This document shows positions 1-12,537 of a stretch of 64,000 nucleotides of DNA, piece by piece. A program made the position numbers and the translations under genes. Source of the stretch: Balanoglossus misakiensis (taxonomy: Eukaryota > Animalia > Hemichordata); assembly GCA_040954595.2 (NCBI GenBank), contig CM082576.2, positions 6,017,129-6,081,128 on the forward strand, given 5' to 3'. The number at the start of each line of letters is the position of its first letter. Position 1 is the first letter of the stretch. Below the pieces are notes generated by a model. The model did no database searches. It saw only the letters and a list, made by a program, of their open reading frames with translations, and was not told the DNA's origin.

Positions 1-1249
1 TTCTATCCAGAGCCCAGTGATCTTATCCAATCCGATAAAAGCACAATCTCGGAGGAACAAGGTTATCATTATGAGGGAGCTAATGGACATCCCTTACTCT
101 AGAATAATAAAAATCTGAGCTAACTTGTCACACTGCATCTAGTACAAATTGTCTCACCACCATGAGGAATTTCGTCAATGGCATGACATATGGTGGGTAA
201 ACAGCAAACTGTCATACCTGTACAGTCCAATATTACGTGCATTTGACGCAGTCTTTCCTTGTACCATCCATACACCCACGGAGGGGAGAAAGAGGAGGGC
301 CACGAACAACACAGACCCCCCACTCTCAGACAACTGCTACAGTTGTCTAGTCTCACCATGTACCAGCGATGGTATCAGTTGTTGAACACGGCATTCCCCC
401 AATGGGAGCCCAACGAGGATAGTAAAATATACTCCCAGAATGCACGACTGGTACTGTCTATTAGCAATATTAATTTTGTTACTAGGCAACAAACACCACG
501 CCCTGCAATGTTTTGGTTTGAGTTTGCGGGAGACCTGCAATCATCAAGTCTCTTTGTGTGCAGGCATTGAGTGGATTCACATTATGGGCCATAGTGTTTT
601 CATTAATAAGTGTTACGTAATACACAGCCAGACTGACATTTTAATAGTTTTAATGGATGAGGCCAGTTCACGCATTCACAGAATTGGCCTCCTGTGGTTC
701 CTTGCAACCGAACTGGACACTGGTCAGATAAACAAACTTCGGGTCAAGTTAGGAGGGTGGGGTGATGGGACTGGTCATGGGTAGGGTACTAGTATTAAGT
801 AGTGTTCGTGGATGCTGAGGAAAATTTAAATCTATGTATCTGCTGAGGAATACATTGTGAAGACCTGAGCAGTTAGAAATCTGTATAATTTCGTCAGATG
901 TGTTCTTGTGTGACTGGTCATGTTTCTTGTCCTACTGCAAAAACCATGTTAAAGTTCGTCATGATATCTGCATCATGATCCACAAGACGCAAAAAGCTCG
1001 TTAATGCCCATTGTTTGAACCACCGATTATAACACTTTGAACTTTTAATTCAAAATTCAACATGCTTTTTTCTCCCACACTTTTGAGATCATTATAGGAT
1101 TTCACAGCAATGAAATATTTTAGACCTCAACACATTCAACACACACACACACACAAAGATTTCAGATAATAAATGTACAAAAACCCTTATGTTGGCCAAC
1201 AAAACCAAGATCCTTCCATCAAAACGTGGGCACCATAAACAAGACACTA

Positions 1250-4200
1250 CTATGGTGGATCCCCTGTAGAGAAACGTTTCTTGAGGATGCTTTTGTGCAG
1301 AGAGACAGAAGCCATGCCTTGATCCGTGTGAGCAGAACTTGGTGAGGCTGGTCTCTCTGGAAACCATGCATCTGGGGGTAAAAAAATGAGATATTCATCT
1401 TTAAAGTCAGTCATGCAAGTGAGCCAACATGGACTTACATTTGTCGCACATACATGATATTTCAAAGGTCAAAACATGACATACATGTGTACCGGTAATA
1501 AAAAAATTTCGCTGTCCAAGCCATGTGTACAATCGCTATTTTTATCATACAAATGCATAACTTGGAAAATAAATATTGCTAGAATATTTTTCCTTCTGAG
1601 AAGTGGGATTCTCTGCATATGTATTAAAAAATCAACACCTATGTTTGAGTTTCTCTCTAAACTACAATAAAATTATTTTTGATCAAACAACCATGAAACA
1701 AAACAAACAAGTCGTTGATTCAGTAAATATTAGTGTTGACATCACAGTGTAAATGAGTGTTTCCATCAGTACAGCCAACAGGCTGCTGCAATGTGTGATT
1801 TAATTTAAATCTGTCTATCCATACAGTAATATGAGCACACTAGAACAGAATGCTGCATGGCAAGCTGTGTTGATCTATTGGCAGAACAGTTCATGTCATT
1901 TTTGTTTTTATTCAAATACATGTAACACATTCCCAAGCACAGAGCGAGAAAGGCTAACTTTTCACAATACTCTAATTATGCAACTTTGCTGGCAGTCCAT
2001 TTAAGCTGTAACAGGTGTGCACCCTTCACACAAAAAAAATGCTGGAAAATACATATCCTTCAATTGTCCACTCCTGTGTACAGTGGGGTTTAAAGCACGG
2101 ATTTCAGGGCGGACTCTATTATGTCAGATGTCCACATCTTTCAATCCCATTCTTGAACTACTGTTCATAGATTTCAACACACAATGGAATTTCCACTATC
2201 ATATAGCCCGGTTTTGTGGGAAACGTATCAGGGAGTTCCAATGACACAAGCATGTCTCAAAAGCTAAATCTGTACAAGATGTTACCTAGATGATTTTTTT
2301 AAAAATTTAAGTGGCTTAGATGTACTCTCTTTGACAATCCTGATTGTTACTGGTTTTATATACGTGTTTCGCCAACAGAGTGTGTTGTGTTGATACTGGT
2401 GCGATGACCAAAAAGTAGTGAAAGCCAAATTTAATTTTTATGCAATAAATTTGGCACATTGCACCAAAGTTACATGTACAGCCAGTAACAGAAATTACAG
2501 GCAGTGGAATGTTAACATTTTATGACAAGATTTTGCATAATTTACCTAAACTCTGGATGTGCTCCGAGAAGGTGACTGATGGAGAAGGTTCGTTGATGTG
2601 CAAGATTTTCTCCTCCTCCTCCTCCTCACTGCTGTTTTCTGCGGAGATGAACCGTGGTATTTGAAACATGATAAGACAACTGACAGAAAAGACACTTTTT
2701 TGTTGGCTGCCAGGATCATTTACTTGGAAAGCAGCTCTTTTGTTTAGTCTGTATGTTTTATGCAACAATTTCATTCCAGCAAGTACTGGTGACAACTGTC
2801 ATTCAATACACACTTTATGAAAACAAAAATCAGTAAGCATTAACCCCAGTGTTTGGAGTCATCTTAGTTCTAACAGGAATGGCCAACTAACTCGCATGAT
2901 ATGCCATCCCGCTTTGCATCGATCCCCTCCAACACTGTCTATCCAATGACACTTTCTTTTGAATCAAACCTCTCAACAACAATCACGGTGGACCAGCTCA
3001 TGCACAGCTGGGATGGCAACATAATGCAACAGTCAATACGAATTAAAAGTTACACACAGGAAAGAAAGCGGCAGGATTCATTTCAATGTTGACAGATGAA
3101 AGAATCTGCGATACGATTAATCAAGCAAAGCATGTCCCAGTGGGCCATATGCAAATTAATTCCTTCAATGATGGGATCGTAACAACAACAACAGCAACAA
3201 CAATAACAACAACAGCAACAACAACAATACAGCATTATATTCAACTTCGTCAGAAATTTTTCACAAGTATACTTGAACAATATTTGTTTAGACATGAACT
3301 CTGTAAGATCGAGGAAAATGGAAGAAATAGACAGCTTTACCAGAATCAGGTCTGGAGAATGGCGGTACATCTTCTGGATGTATCCTCTGTTTGAGAACTC
3401 TCTTCTTGAACGCCTTCAAGACCTTTTCATCTTTATATTTACAAACAAAATACAGAACCAAGTATGCCACCCACACTCCTAGAGTAACCTGTAAAACAAT
3501 CACACACACAAAAAATCACAAACGTAAAAACTTCACATTGAAGGTACTGGGAAAGGAGAGCTGACATTTGGATATGTGTGAAATGTTCAAAATATGATAC
3601 ATTGAGATGAAAAGCTGTTATTGAGATAGTTTTGAAATGACTTACGCCAATAATGATGAAAGAAGTGTGGAAGCTTGGCCTGAAACCATGTATTTTCAAA
3701 ACAAACTGAGTATGATAATCACAATATGTAGAGGAATCAACATGCCTGTAGAATAATAACAAATAACATGAAGATAATACAATGAAAATAAAATATCAAA
3801 GGTGGAATGGTGAAAGTAAAATCAACATGCTAAACTTCATATTTGATATGTGACAAGCAAAAAAAGATAAGAAAAATTGCATCACTTGATATTTTGAATA
3901 TCGATATTAAGAAACATGACAGATATTAAGGTATGTCATCGTCCCTTGTGCAGTTCATCTGACAAAACTTAGTGGAGAAAGATCAATTTGTCTCTGTCTC
4001 TGACCTGTTCGAAACTCGGACCAAGAAATAGTACTCGGGTCCATAGGGAAAGTTCAGTGGCACATCACTGCATGGGGAGTTAGCCTGGCAGTGCCAGTGT
4101 ATGGCCTTGGTGCTGAAGTTGAACACTGTTCTGGAAGAGAGCCGAGAGGCATTCTTGGAGATCCATATGAGTGAGTTGGATTCCCTGAAACGATACAGCA

Positions 4201-7200
4201 CATCCATTAAAATTGTTAGCTTCTCATTTCTTTTCAACCAAGTACGAGTGAATGACTGCACCAGTCTGAAATGTTAATTCCTGTGATGGATCATGAAGAA
4301 TTTATAATCATCAAATGTTAATGCATACACAGTAATTTAGTCTGATTTTTGCTGAAACTGAATGAGTTTAGGAAAATCTCATCATGATGCTCGTGTCATA
4401 TGAAATTTCAGATGAATTATTAAATACAAAAAACGTTGACATATTCATGATTATATTACTGGTAAAAAAGAGTGGAAATTTTCCTCTGATACCTCATTTG
4501 ATTTCAACACAAATCCACACGATCATTAGTAATTGCATTAAAGTACCTGTCTGGATCTGTATCATGACATCGAGACAGACTATAACACAATCAGATAAAA
4601 AATTCATGGCATCTGGGGATAATTGTCAAAAAAGATCACTTTTCAAGCTGGTACAGAGTAAACATCTTCACAAAATGACCTTGTGATATTACACGTATCC
4701 TAGCAACACATCTGTTGCTTTTTGTTGAGGATGCTAATAATCTGAGATTCACTGACTACTTCAGTTTTATTTTTTCCCCGCCAATACATCAGAAACTGTG
4801 TGTTGATGGAAAGATGAAAGCACAATGTCAGCCACTTATGGCAAAAGTGTTTTCTGTATTGTGAAAATGCTTCCGATACTGGAAGTGAATTATTAATCTG
4901 TTTACAAAAGTGCTGTGTGTTTTAATGCAATTTCCTTGGGCGGGGGGAGAAATAGAGATATAATTTTGTTTTAAAATCATGAACCAGTCTATCCATCTCT
5001 GTACTAATCTGACACAACTCAAACAAGATATTGATAATAAATGTTGCATTAGTCAGGTTGTACTGAATTGAAAATGAAATGCTCCTCTCCAGAACCCAAT
5101 GTAGATAATATCATCAATCATGAAATTGACATGCATTAAATATCTGTGACACACTGAACTCCTTGCCAAAGAACATCTTTCTTTGAGATTGTCTATTCCT
5201 ATAACAACTTACATGTCTATGGAATTGTAGCGTTCAATTTGTCCAGCAGTGAAGTATTCCATGTTGCTTTGGGACATGCCGCCAGCAATTACTTCAAAAG
5301 TGTAGTTACTGGTGAACAACTCCCTACGTCCGGTCACTTGGTCTTGTATGTAGAAGTGAGGATAAAAAGCTGTGACAGAAATAATACTACATCAATAAAT
5401 TTAATGCATCATAATTAATTTTGTGACAAATTCTGTGAAGTTAAGAGCTCTGCATACCGTTTAAGTCAAAGAAGACAAAAACTGAAAGCAATTTTTAAAA
5501 AATTATGGAAATGAATCAGCTGTATTGAGACTCGGCAGATGTTAACAGTGGTGAGATGGGATAATTTGGAAATGTATTTACCATTTCCATAGTATATACA
5601 GGGTAACTGTGGGTCAGGTATGGGGCAGTCATGTTGCACCTCTGCAACTTCAGACAGATATTTGATAGATTTCTGCAAGTCAAAGATCAGCTGTCTCCCC
5701 GCTGGGCAACCTATCATCACTGTTATTTTCTTGGTACCCTGTGCTCAGAAAAAGTGTGAAATAATGTCATATTTAGAAGACTTAGTATAACTTGAAATGA
5801 AACATGCTGCCTGTTACTGTATCTAAAGGGACTTGAACTGTAATTGGTTTTCAATGTGTTTGGTTTTTGACAGGATAGTGAAATTTGGCCATGAGACTAG
5901 TTTTCCAAAAATTAATAGATAACAGGGGTTGGTCACTTAGCCTTAAAGGGAGCTGTTTTCTGTCATTTCCTATTGTCAGCAGTGTCATTATTGGCAACTA
6001 AATTTTTAATCTTTTTAAACATTATTTGATGTGGTCTATATTTAGTTACATACTTGTAGCTCTTTGCCTGTTTGTGTGTTGGACGTGCACTTGAGAGCGG
6101 AGTTCCATATCTGTAATGTGACTGTGACTGGTCTGGGTAAGCGATGGGATCCCTCATCAGTATCAATGCCACTGCTCGCTATGGTTACCTGATGGAATGA
6201 TAACACGCACACAGACATGCAAGTAATGAATAAAGACACAGGTACTCAGCACTAGCTTGCACAAAATATGCAAATAGATGGGTGTAGGCATTTACCTGAT
6301 ACGTAACAGAGTCATTGATGTGATAACTTTGTCTTTGAGTGACGACTTGCACCAAGCTGTAGTCTGACACGTCGATCTCAAGCTGGGAGTTCTCCAGAAG
6401 TTCTGTCAATAAACACATATTTTACAGGGTTATAGTCACTTCTGGCTGAGTCTGTTCTATATTGTACTTAATGGTGAATTTTCACGGTTGGCGTTTGGAA
6501 GTAGCAACAAGTTTGTATTTGTGTGCTGCTGATCACACACATAAGAAATTTGCTATTTCTAAAATGTATCCATAAAATGTAAGACAAAATAAAATTAATG
6601 GTAACATGACAATTATATTGTTGATGAATTAAATTGTCTCCTCCTGACAAAACTGACTGACTGACAGACTACAGTATGTTACCTGCACTGGCTGAGTTTT
6701 CACTATCACCTAGACTAACTCTGACTGTGATTTCATAGCTCATATTTCTATCTAGGTAAATTCTCTCGGGAAGCTTACTGGCTACGAAATCTTCCTCATA
6801 CATCTGTGTATAAGAAATAACATGTAGTGATAAATAAATGATACATTCCACGTTGTCCAAACAATGATAATAAGGGGAAAATATTGAAGATATTTCTGAA
6901 ATGGAATTGTTCCACTCATCCTAAAAGCATCAGGCTCATTCTCAATAATTCATACTCACACTCACTGCTATTGCAGGTTCGTAATATGTTATGATGTGTA
7001 CATCAGTAAGAAGCTATAGAAGCTGTTCCTCCAATGCGTTTAGAGCACAAATTTTGGCATATTTTAATCTTTACCCTGACTCACCTTGTAGTAGTGATCA
7101 AGTGAGACAAACACTGGAGACAGTGAGAGATGGTTTCTGTACAGATATGTGTGGTAGTCTTGTAAAGACATTTTGCTCTCTCTCCAGTCTTGCAAGGGAT

Positions 7201-10200
7201 CATAGTAGGCATCAGCATATACCTGCAATTTGGATACAAGTGCAATACAAATACATGTACATCTATACTATTATAAAGGTACATGTATAACCACCTGAGA
7301 TAAATGTATAGACTACATGATCTTGAAAATCTCATAATACAATGTACATGTATACCTTTTTATAATTGTGCTTTCATGTACTGCAAATTTGTCCTTGCAT
7401 GACCCCTGAATGATGTTTAACATCCTGGTATTTTTGTTCAATGAGTCCATCAGTTTGGTAGCATTCAATCACCAGTATTAACCTCACCTGGATATTGTTG
7501 ACATGGTAATTCAACACTTGATAGACAATTCCTTGGTACACTGACAAGGCATCTTCATCATAGACCTGCTCATTCATGGATAGACGTGGAGGCTGATACA
7601 CGAATTTCTGGGTTCTGCTGTAATACTGGGAGCTGAGAGCTTCATACTGAATCTTGGAGAATGGACAATGGCCAGAGTGGGTAATGTCATCTGCTGCAGC
7701 TTTTTCCCTGTGATTTGCAAAATTATTTAATGATTAAACACATTGCATGGTCCAAGGAGGCACTGTGGTTAATGAGTCTGTAACATGGCCTTGTTTTTAT
7801 CAGAGAAGCACACGCCTTATCTCTTTCAAAGTTTCACTACCATGGTTTGGTTCCAACTCTACTGTTCTGAGAATATATGACAGGAGGGAATATATTAGAA
7901 TAAGCCCTATATTATGATTTGCAGCATTTCTTTCCTACATGAGACTCTGGTTGTCAACAGTTCATACTCTCACCTTTGTTGATAATTTTCCCCAGAGATG
8001 ATATCAGCAACAGGAATTGGATGTCTGTCAATGTGAACCTCTGTCTCATTGGCATGTTGGTAATATGCTACAAGCTATCAACAGAAAAGTTGAATATGGT
8101 ACAACTGTGTAAGACTGAGTGAGTGATGGAGGCAACTGTTATACCATGATCATTGACTTCTTCAGATTTCATGTCAAACCTCAGTATCTGAATTTATTTC
8201 GAACTGAGGTTATGTCATTGTGTTCCTCAATACATATGAACTGACTTGTTAGTACAAGAAATGTGTCAGTAACTTGTCATCCCATGTAATAATCTGATGC
8301 ATATCTTTGTATCATCTATGATGACATCAAGATCGACCTATGTTTGTGTAAACTGTGCAAAGAAGGTTTTTCTTTTTCTTTTTTCTGAGCACTGAAATTG
8401 GGACGTTTATGGTGTAAGAGAACGTTTAACATTGATTATTCGTCTTGCACATTTTATTCTGAATGATATAGTTGCAATAAGTCTGTCTTACCTGATAAAG
8501 ATCTTGATAATTATCAAAGAAGACATTCAATGTTGTGGCGTTGTACTGGTCTGAGTCGTAACTACCAGACTGATGCAGTGTTGACAGCAGTGACCATGAT
8601 GATGATGGTATTAACTTGATCAAATTTTGGAAATCACCAACATAACCATACCACACCTGAAAAGGCATGGCAATTAATTCATTCTTATGTGTGACATTAT
8701 AAAACAATTGCAGGTAACCATTTTCATCAGATAAAAGGCATGATCTTCAAATAGCATAAACCCAAAATCTTAGCATCATTGAAAACTGATCATAAAAAAG
8801 CTATAAGGTTAAAGCCCAGTTTGAAGTGCGATATAAGAATATTCAATTCACCAACCTCTTGCAACTGATTCAGGAAAGCATAGGCACCGTCCAGAGATGA
8901 AGTAAACGCTGTGATAGCTGACTTTGGGTGCACTGGATATGTAGTCATCATGTAAAGAGTCTTGCCACTGTCAGTACTGCATGGGGTACGGATAAAAACA
9001 GTGTTATCCATACATAAATGTGGTTTCAGAAAGCTTTTGAACAAGCATGGTTTTTAAAAGCTTTGTCAATTTGAAAATTTCTTCTTTTTTTTGCACCAGC
9101 CCTACACCTTTACATGTAATGGGGCTACTATACTTGCAACAACATGATATCTGGCTTACCCATGGTCACTCCAAACTTACCTCTGAATCAAACCATCACC
9201 CCAGATGAAGAGATGTCTGGACACCATGGCAGTGTAGGACATACCACGCCAGTCTCCAAATGGACTGACATTATCTGTTGATAAATTGAACCACAATGGT
9301 ACATGTAATCAGATCTCACTAATTCTCACTGTACTGTCACAGATGTTAATGTATAAAGGATGAAATATTCATGATTATCATTTCAGACAAACAATTTATC
9401 GGATTCAATAAAATGTTGCCTGAAGTGCAAAACACAAACTGTGAACAAACAAGTTCAGAAGAGTTAGTAGAAAATTGGAGAGCAATCCATTTCAGGTTAA
9501 AATCATGACATCTAAGTGCACAAAATAAAATAAAATTATACTTTATTACCTGTTGGGAGGGAAATAAATTTGGCACCGGAAAGTTGTGAAAGTTTTGACC
9601 ATGCTGCACTGGAAGTGTTTCCTGAAAGACAAGAAACATCATGATTGACAGGCTGGTGAATCCATGGCAAAATAGAATACTCAATATCTGTAACAGTGTA
9701 ATTTAATGTTCTCTCTTATGAATATTTAATGTAATAAAAATAATATGGCAAAGGAAAAATTGGTATGATAAATCAAAAATGAAGATGAATCATGATCTCA
9801 CATCTGCCACAGCTGCAATAAACACAACTGGCGGATCAAGTTATTGGAGAAAACTATTTTTTTGTTAGAAATACCTGAATACTCTGCAAGAAAATATTCT
9901 GATGCATCATCAGCACTTGAAATTTTCAGTAAGAAGAGATAGTGATCTGATGTAGTTGGATCGATTGCTGCTGAAATCATGGTACAGTTTCCATCATCAA
10001 CATCTGCAACAGATAAGATGTACAATGTATTTTCATCATGAGATTAAACATATCAAGCACACTGCAAGGAATGACAAAATGGTGAGGGTAATTTGGAATG
10101 GACTAGATTACTATGGTACACTGTGCTGAAAAACTACCATGGTAAATACTATGATTACCTGTCAGATAAGCTATGTAACTACACACAGTCATCTGATTGG

Positions 10201-12092
10201 CATCTGTTAGCTCAGTAAATGTGGCTACTTCATCTGTAAAATAGAGAAGACATTATGTCAGTAAGTGCTTTCAAACTCTCGTTACTGCTGCTATTTTGCC
10301 AGTCCTAGAATGATCATTGCTTGCCAAACATCCTTTCCTTTCTGAATGATCAGTTCTCATTCAGTGTCAAAGGAGCGAGAATTGGCACTTAATTCAGATT
10401 CATTTTACAGTTTGAAATGTCTTTCACGTCCTTGAGAGTTAAAACCTCGCTGAACATGACAAATAATGGAAATACCATTTTTTTTTCAAATTACCTCCAT
10501 CAATGACTGCTGCATATGCTTGTCCCGTCTCTTCAATGGCTATTACGACTGGGTCAGTTTTCTTTACTTGTAAATCGGATACCAGTTTTGTGATGCACAC
10601 TGGCAGAACGATGACGTGCTCTGTCGCTTCTCTCATTTCTAACAGGCCCACGTTTGTTCCTAGGAGGACTCTGTCTTGTAGTGCCAGGGAGTCGAGGATG
10701 GCAGGCTCTTCATTCGAGCTCTCACAGACTGCAACATCACTGTGTGGTAATTCAATCTGAATGAAAAAAAGCACACCAAGCAATTATTATTTTTTCTTTC
10801 CTGAATTACAAATTGGACATCATTGACCGGAAGAGTTTCTCGTATACTGAGTGCTCCCCAGAAATTGTTTCATCTTACCCAGACTGAGAAAAGTTAATTA
10901 AAAATAATGATGCTAACCTCCAAGATATCAATGGTGTTCAATTCATCCTTACTAAAGAGCAGTGTGTTTGAAGTTGGTGGTCCATTGAGAACGACTGGAG
11001 AGTTACCGTCCCCCATTGGAGCCTGCACTTGCCATTCTTGAAGATCACTTGCACTTAATTCCAGTCTCCCTTCAGAGTGACCAGTGCCAAGATCTGCAAT
11101 GTACTTGCTGATTCTGACTGTATACCTACCAAGATGAAACAGAAGGCAAATATTGTTAATAGCAAGCAACTTCCAGCTGTTAACTTTATTATACAAGGAA
11201 AGAATACAGATCACAATATTTTTGATTTGCATCTGCACATTTCAAGTGTTGAAGTTGACATAACTCATCATCTTCTGCATCACAGAAAATTATACTTCAG
11301 CAAGTTGTAGAGAAAGACATAAACATGTACCTTTGACTTTGGACTAACTGGCCGGATCCATCACTTGAAACTTCAACACTTAAACACTGAGTCTGATTAT
11401 CAAACGGCATGGGGACAATCCATGCAGGCAGACACAGATCTTCTTGGCATCCTGACGTGTCTGATACATTACACTTCACGTCTGATTCAAACTCCAGTTG
11501 TTTCAAATCCACCAGTGCACCATTCAGGACATGTTCAAGTGTGCCATAGGTATGAAGTATGCTAACTTTAGGAACGGTACCAGTAGCAGCTAGGCGTCTT
11601 GCAACGCTGTATGAAATCCCTCCATCACACTGCACTTGTACCCTCAATGCATAAGGGAATGTTAAGTATTCTTCTTCTAACTGAAATTATGATTTTTGTT
11701 TAATTTATTAATGAAAAGTTCATTAATAAATCACCACCATTGAATGGTTATTCAATGGTGGTGATTCATTAGCTACGATTCAGCGTGTGTATGTACTTTA
11801 AAAATGGAAACAAAACACTTTAGATGGACATAACATCAACAGAAAAAGTTACCTCAGGTACCCTGGTTTCTAAGTTAGTAGCACTTGTTAAAACTTGGTC
11901 AGTGATGAGCATGTTTTCTTGGTCCACCACGTCTGCAATCGGCTCACAGTGAAGCTGGTGTTGATTGACAACACGTACGGACCACGAACAACCGCTTACT
12001 ATGTCACTGATTTCGGAGGAAAATGTAGATCTTGCGAGAAAACTCGGTCCAATCACACAGATAATGAGGATTCTGATGGCTTGATTCGCCAT
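1250..12092 (-). CDS. CATSPERG: CatSper (sperm cation channel) auxiliary subunit gamma-like, multi-exon
   Basis: ATG at 12092 opens a signal-peptide-like MANQAIRILIICVIGPSFLA. Later exons give CLPAWIVPMPF..VEVSSDG (~11350-11450), HWHCQANSPCSDVPLNFPYGPEYYFLVRVSNR (~4005-4110) and VDSSTYCDYHTQFVLKIHGF (~3650-3745), matching the remembered CATSPERG pattern (WxCxxNSPC..PEF/YF.V.VSNR.VD.STYC.Y...F.L.IHG). A TM segment follows (exon ~3341-3488). Phase-compatible tail exons are ENSSEEEEEEK.. (~2546-2638) and DAWFPERP..GDPP* (TAG at 1250). Not all internal exon borders were verified. Confidence 0.85.
3181..3227. repeat. imperfect (AAC)n trinucleotide microsatellite, intronic
   Basis: aacaacaacaacagcaacaacaataacaacaacagcaacaacaacaa, read directly. 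Confidence 0.9.
11703..11766. repeat. two adjacent perfect inverted repeats (13-bp and 17-bp arms) in CATSPERG intron 1
   Basis: atttattaatgaa-aag-ttcattaataaat (11703-11731) and aatcaccaccattgaat-ggtt-attcaatggtggtgatt (11729-11766). Confidence 0.9.
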
Positions 12093-12537
12093 AGTACATG
12101 TACTGTTGTACATACCATCGACAGTCAAATTTTAGACAACACTTAGTAACAACTGATTTTATGCTACGACATTCTACATATACAGTACTGTACTTGATAG
12201 ATGCATAGCTTCATTTCGAGTAGCTCTAGGTTTTGCCTTTTGGTTTGTGTATTCGAGTATCGCTTCTAAAGATGCATACTTCATAAACACAGAGCAGCAG
12301 ACGACGCCATTGCAGACGACTCAGCTAGAGAGCGCCACCTGCCCTGGCTGTTCTCGAACCTGTGTAATCTCGCGTGGTTCGTCCAAACCCGGCAAACTAC
12401 TTCCGCTTCCTGTCCAGAACCTTCTCGTAACTTACTCAAACTTGTGAGATCTGCGGCGTGGGTGCCAGACGCGGTTTGTGTTGTTTTGCCGAGCATCGCC
12501 TCAAACTGACACTCCAAAACCTCAAGATAAAAAAGTC
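12093..12537. promoter_or_regulatory. putative bidirectional promoter CATSPERG/AHSA1 with heat-shock elements and ETS-like sites
   Basis: Only 445 bp separate the divergent ATGs, and the stretch is CpG-rich. HSE-like pentamer arrays: gTTCt-cGAAc (12350-12359) and tGTCc-aGAAc-cTTCt-cGTAa (12411-12430). ETS-like acttccgcttcctg at ~12399-12412. Confidence 0.6.

Noticed and set aside
1-900. Several overlapping short ORFs at the window start
   Set aside because: Every frame I read is interrupted by stops and shows no recognisable motif. It may be the end or UTR of a gene outside the window; unresolved.
3083-3370. Poly-Cys ORF on the minus strand
   Set aside because: It is a translation of the (AAC)n microsatellite.
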